From Psychrobacter sp. DM4 (lineage in GTDB: Bacteria; Pseudomonadota; Gammaproteobacteria; Pseudomonadales; Moraxellaceae), in NCBI RefSeq assembly GCF_051307035.1, contig NZ_CP195536.1:960001-992000 (forward strand): DNA of 32,000 nucleotides, written 5' to 3'. Below are positions 31,189 through 32,000 of the stretch, piece after piece. The notes beneath the pieces are model-generated. The model was not told where the DNA came from. It saw nothing but the letters and a program-made list of their open reading frames with translations, and ran no database searches. The translations under genes were made by a program, and so were the position numbers. The first letter of the stretch is position 1. Each line of letters starts with the position of its first letter.

Positions 31189-31917
31189 ATGCCAGCAATA
31201 ACGCAAGCGATGATTTTGGCAGCGGGCAAGGGCACACGCTTGCGGCCGCTGACTCTTGAGACTCCAAAACCGCTAGTAGAAGTAGGCGGACAACCTTTAA
31301 TTGTTTGGCACATAAAAGCGTTACAAGCTGCTGGTATCACTCACATTACTATCAACACCTCTTGGCTTGCAGATAAGCTGATGGAGACCTTGGATGACGG
31401 GTCGCAGTTCGGGGTCACGTTGCAGTGGTCAGTTGAAGCAGATGAGCCGCTTGAGACCGCTGGCGGTATCTTTCAGGCATTACAGACAGGCAAGCTAAAG
31501 GATGCGCCTTTTATCTTGGTCAACTCTGATGTGTGGACGATGTATGATTTTAGCCAGCTACAAGATTATAAGCTTGGTAATGATCAAAAAGCCCATTTAC
31601 TATTAATTGATAATCCTGAGCACAATGATAGTGGTGATTTCGCTATCAATAACGGTCTTGCCAGTGAGCAGCCGATAGGAGATGCGGACAAATACACTTT
31701 CGCAGGCATTAGTGTTATGTCGCCAAGAGTGGTGGATGGTCTAGTATCAGGACAACCGGCTGCCCTTGCGCCCCTTTTAAGACAAGCGATGTTGAAGTTT
31801 CAGGTAACCGCAGACATCATCAAAGACAATTGGATAGACGTCGGTACTCCTGAACGCTTAGAACAAGTCAATGAGTACATAGAGCATCATGATGTCAGCA
31901 AACATAGCGGTATCTAA
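31189..31917 (+). CDS. murU: Nucleotidyltransferase, probable N-acetylmuramate alpha-1-phosphate uridylyltransferase MurU
   Basis: 'AMILAAGKGTRLRPLTLETPKPLVEVGGQPLI' sugar-nucleotidyltransferase N-terminus, RBS 'aaggag', paired with the amgK-like gene. Confidence 0.78.
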   Translation: MPAITQAMILAAGKGTRLRPLTLETPKPLVEVGGQPLIVWHIKALQAAGITHITINTSWLADKLMETLDDGSQFGVTLQWSVEADEPLETAGGIFQALQTGKLKDAPFILVNSDVWTMYDFSQLQDYKLGNDQKAHLLLIDNPEHNDSGDFAINNGLASEQPIGDADKYTFAGISVMSPRVVDGLVSGQPAALAPLLRQAMLKFQVTADIIKDNWIDVGTPERLEQVNEYIEHHDVSKHSGI

Positions 31918-31955
31918 GCTATAAATAAGAGACACCAATAAATAAAAACAGTCAT

Positions 31956-31992
31956 AAAAAACGCAGCCTTAACTATCAAGGCTGCGTTTTTT
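31956..31992 (+). terminator. Rho-independent terminator after murU
   Basis: ACGCAGCCTT (31961-31970) / AAGGCTGCGT (31978-31987), with an A-run before and TTTTT after. Confidence 0.8.
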
Positions 31993-32000
31993 ATACTGCG

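Overview
Nearly all of this window (about nt 1530-32000) is conserved chromosomal core from a mid-GC gammaproteobacterium. Gene order and protein sequences look Moraxellaceae/Psychrobacter-like, but that is an unverified inference. The core genes are ntrC-ntrB (minus), rimO, the envelope-biogenesis block pyrH-frr-uppS-cdsA-dxr-rseP-bamA-lpxD-fabZ-lpxA, an NSS (sodium:neurotransmitter symporter family) transporter followed by an untracked 44-aa membrane ORF, tgt, a SOUL-family protein, asd, a membrane-anchored EEP (endonuclease/exonuclease/phosphatase) protein, surA-lptD (minus) and the divergent amgK-murU pair. Several ORF-track starts look too long (lpxD, lpxA, asd, surA, dxr, possibly rimO and bamA), and revised starts are given. 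The only clearly accessory DNA is the left edge (nt 1-1236). It is strongly AT-rich and ends 76 nt from the 3' end of a tRNA-Leu(UAG) gene. Its single visible ORF is open to the window edge and carries an Rx4H HEPN-type motif plus a long coiled-coil segment. I read this as the right-hand edge of a tRNA-associated genomic or defence island. If so, the rest of any system lies left of the window and cannot be assessed here. I saw no CRISPR array, IS element, integrase or rRNA. Other second-look items are: skp is absent between bamA and lpxD; LptD, NtrC and RimO carry long low-complexity extensions; and an orphan terminator may mark an sRNA.
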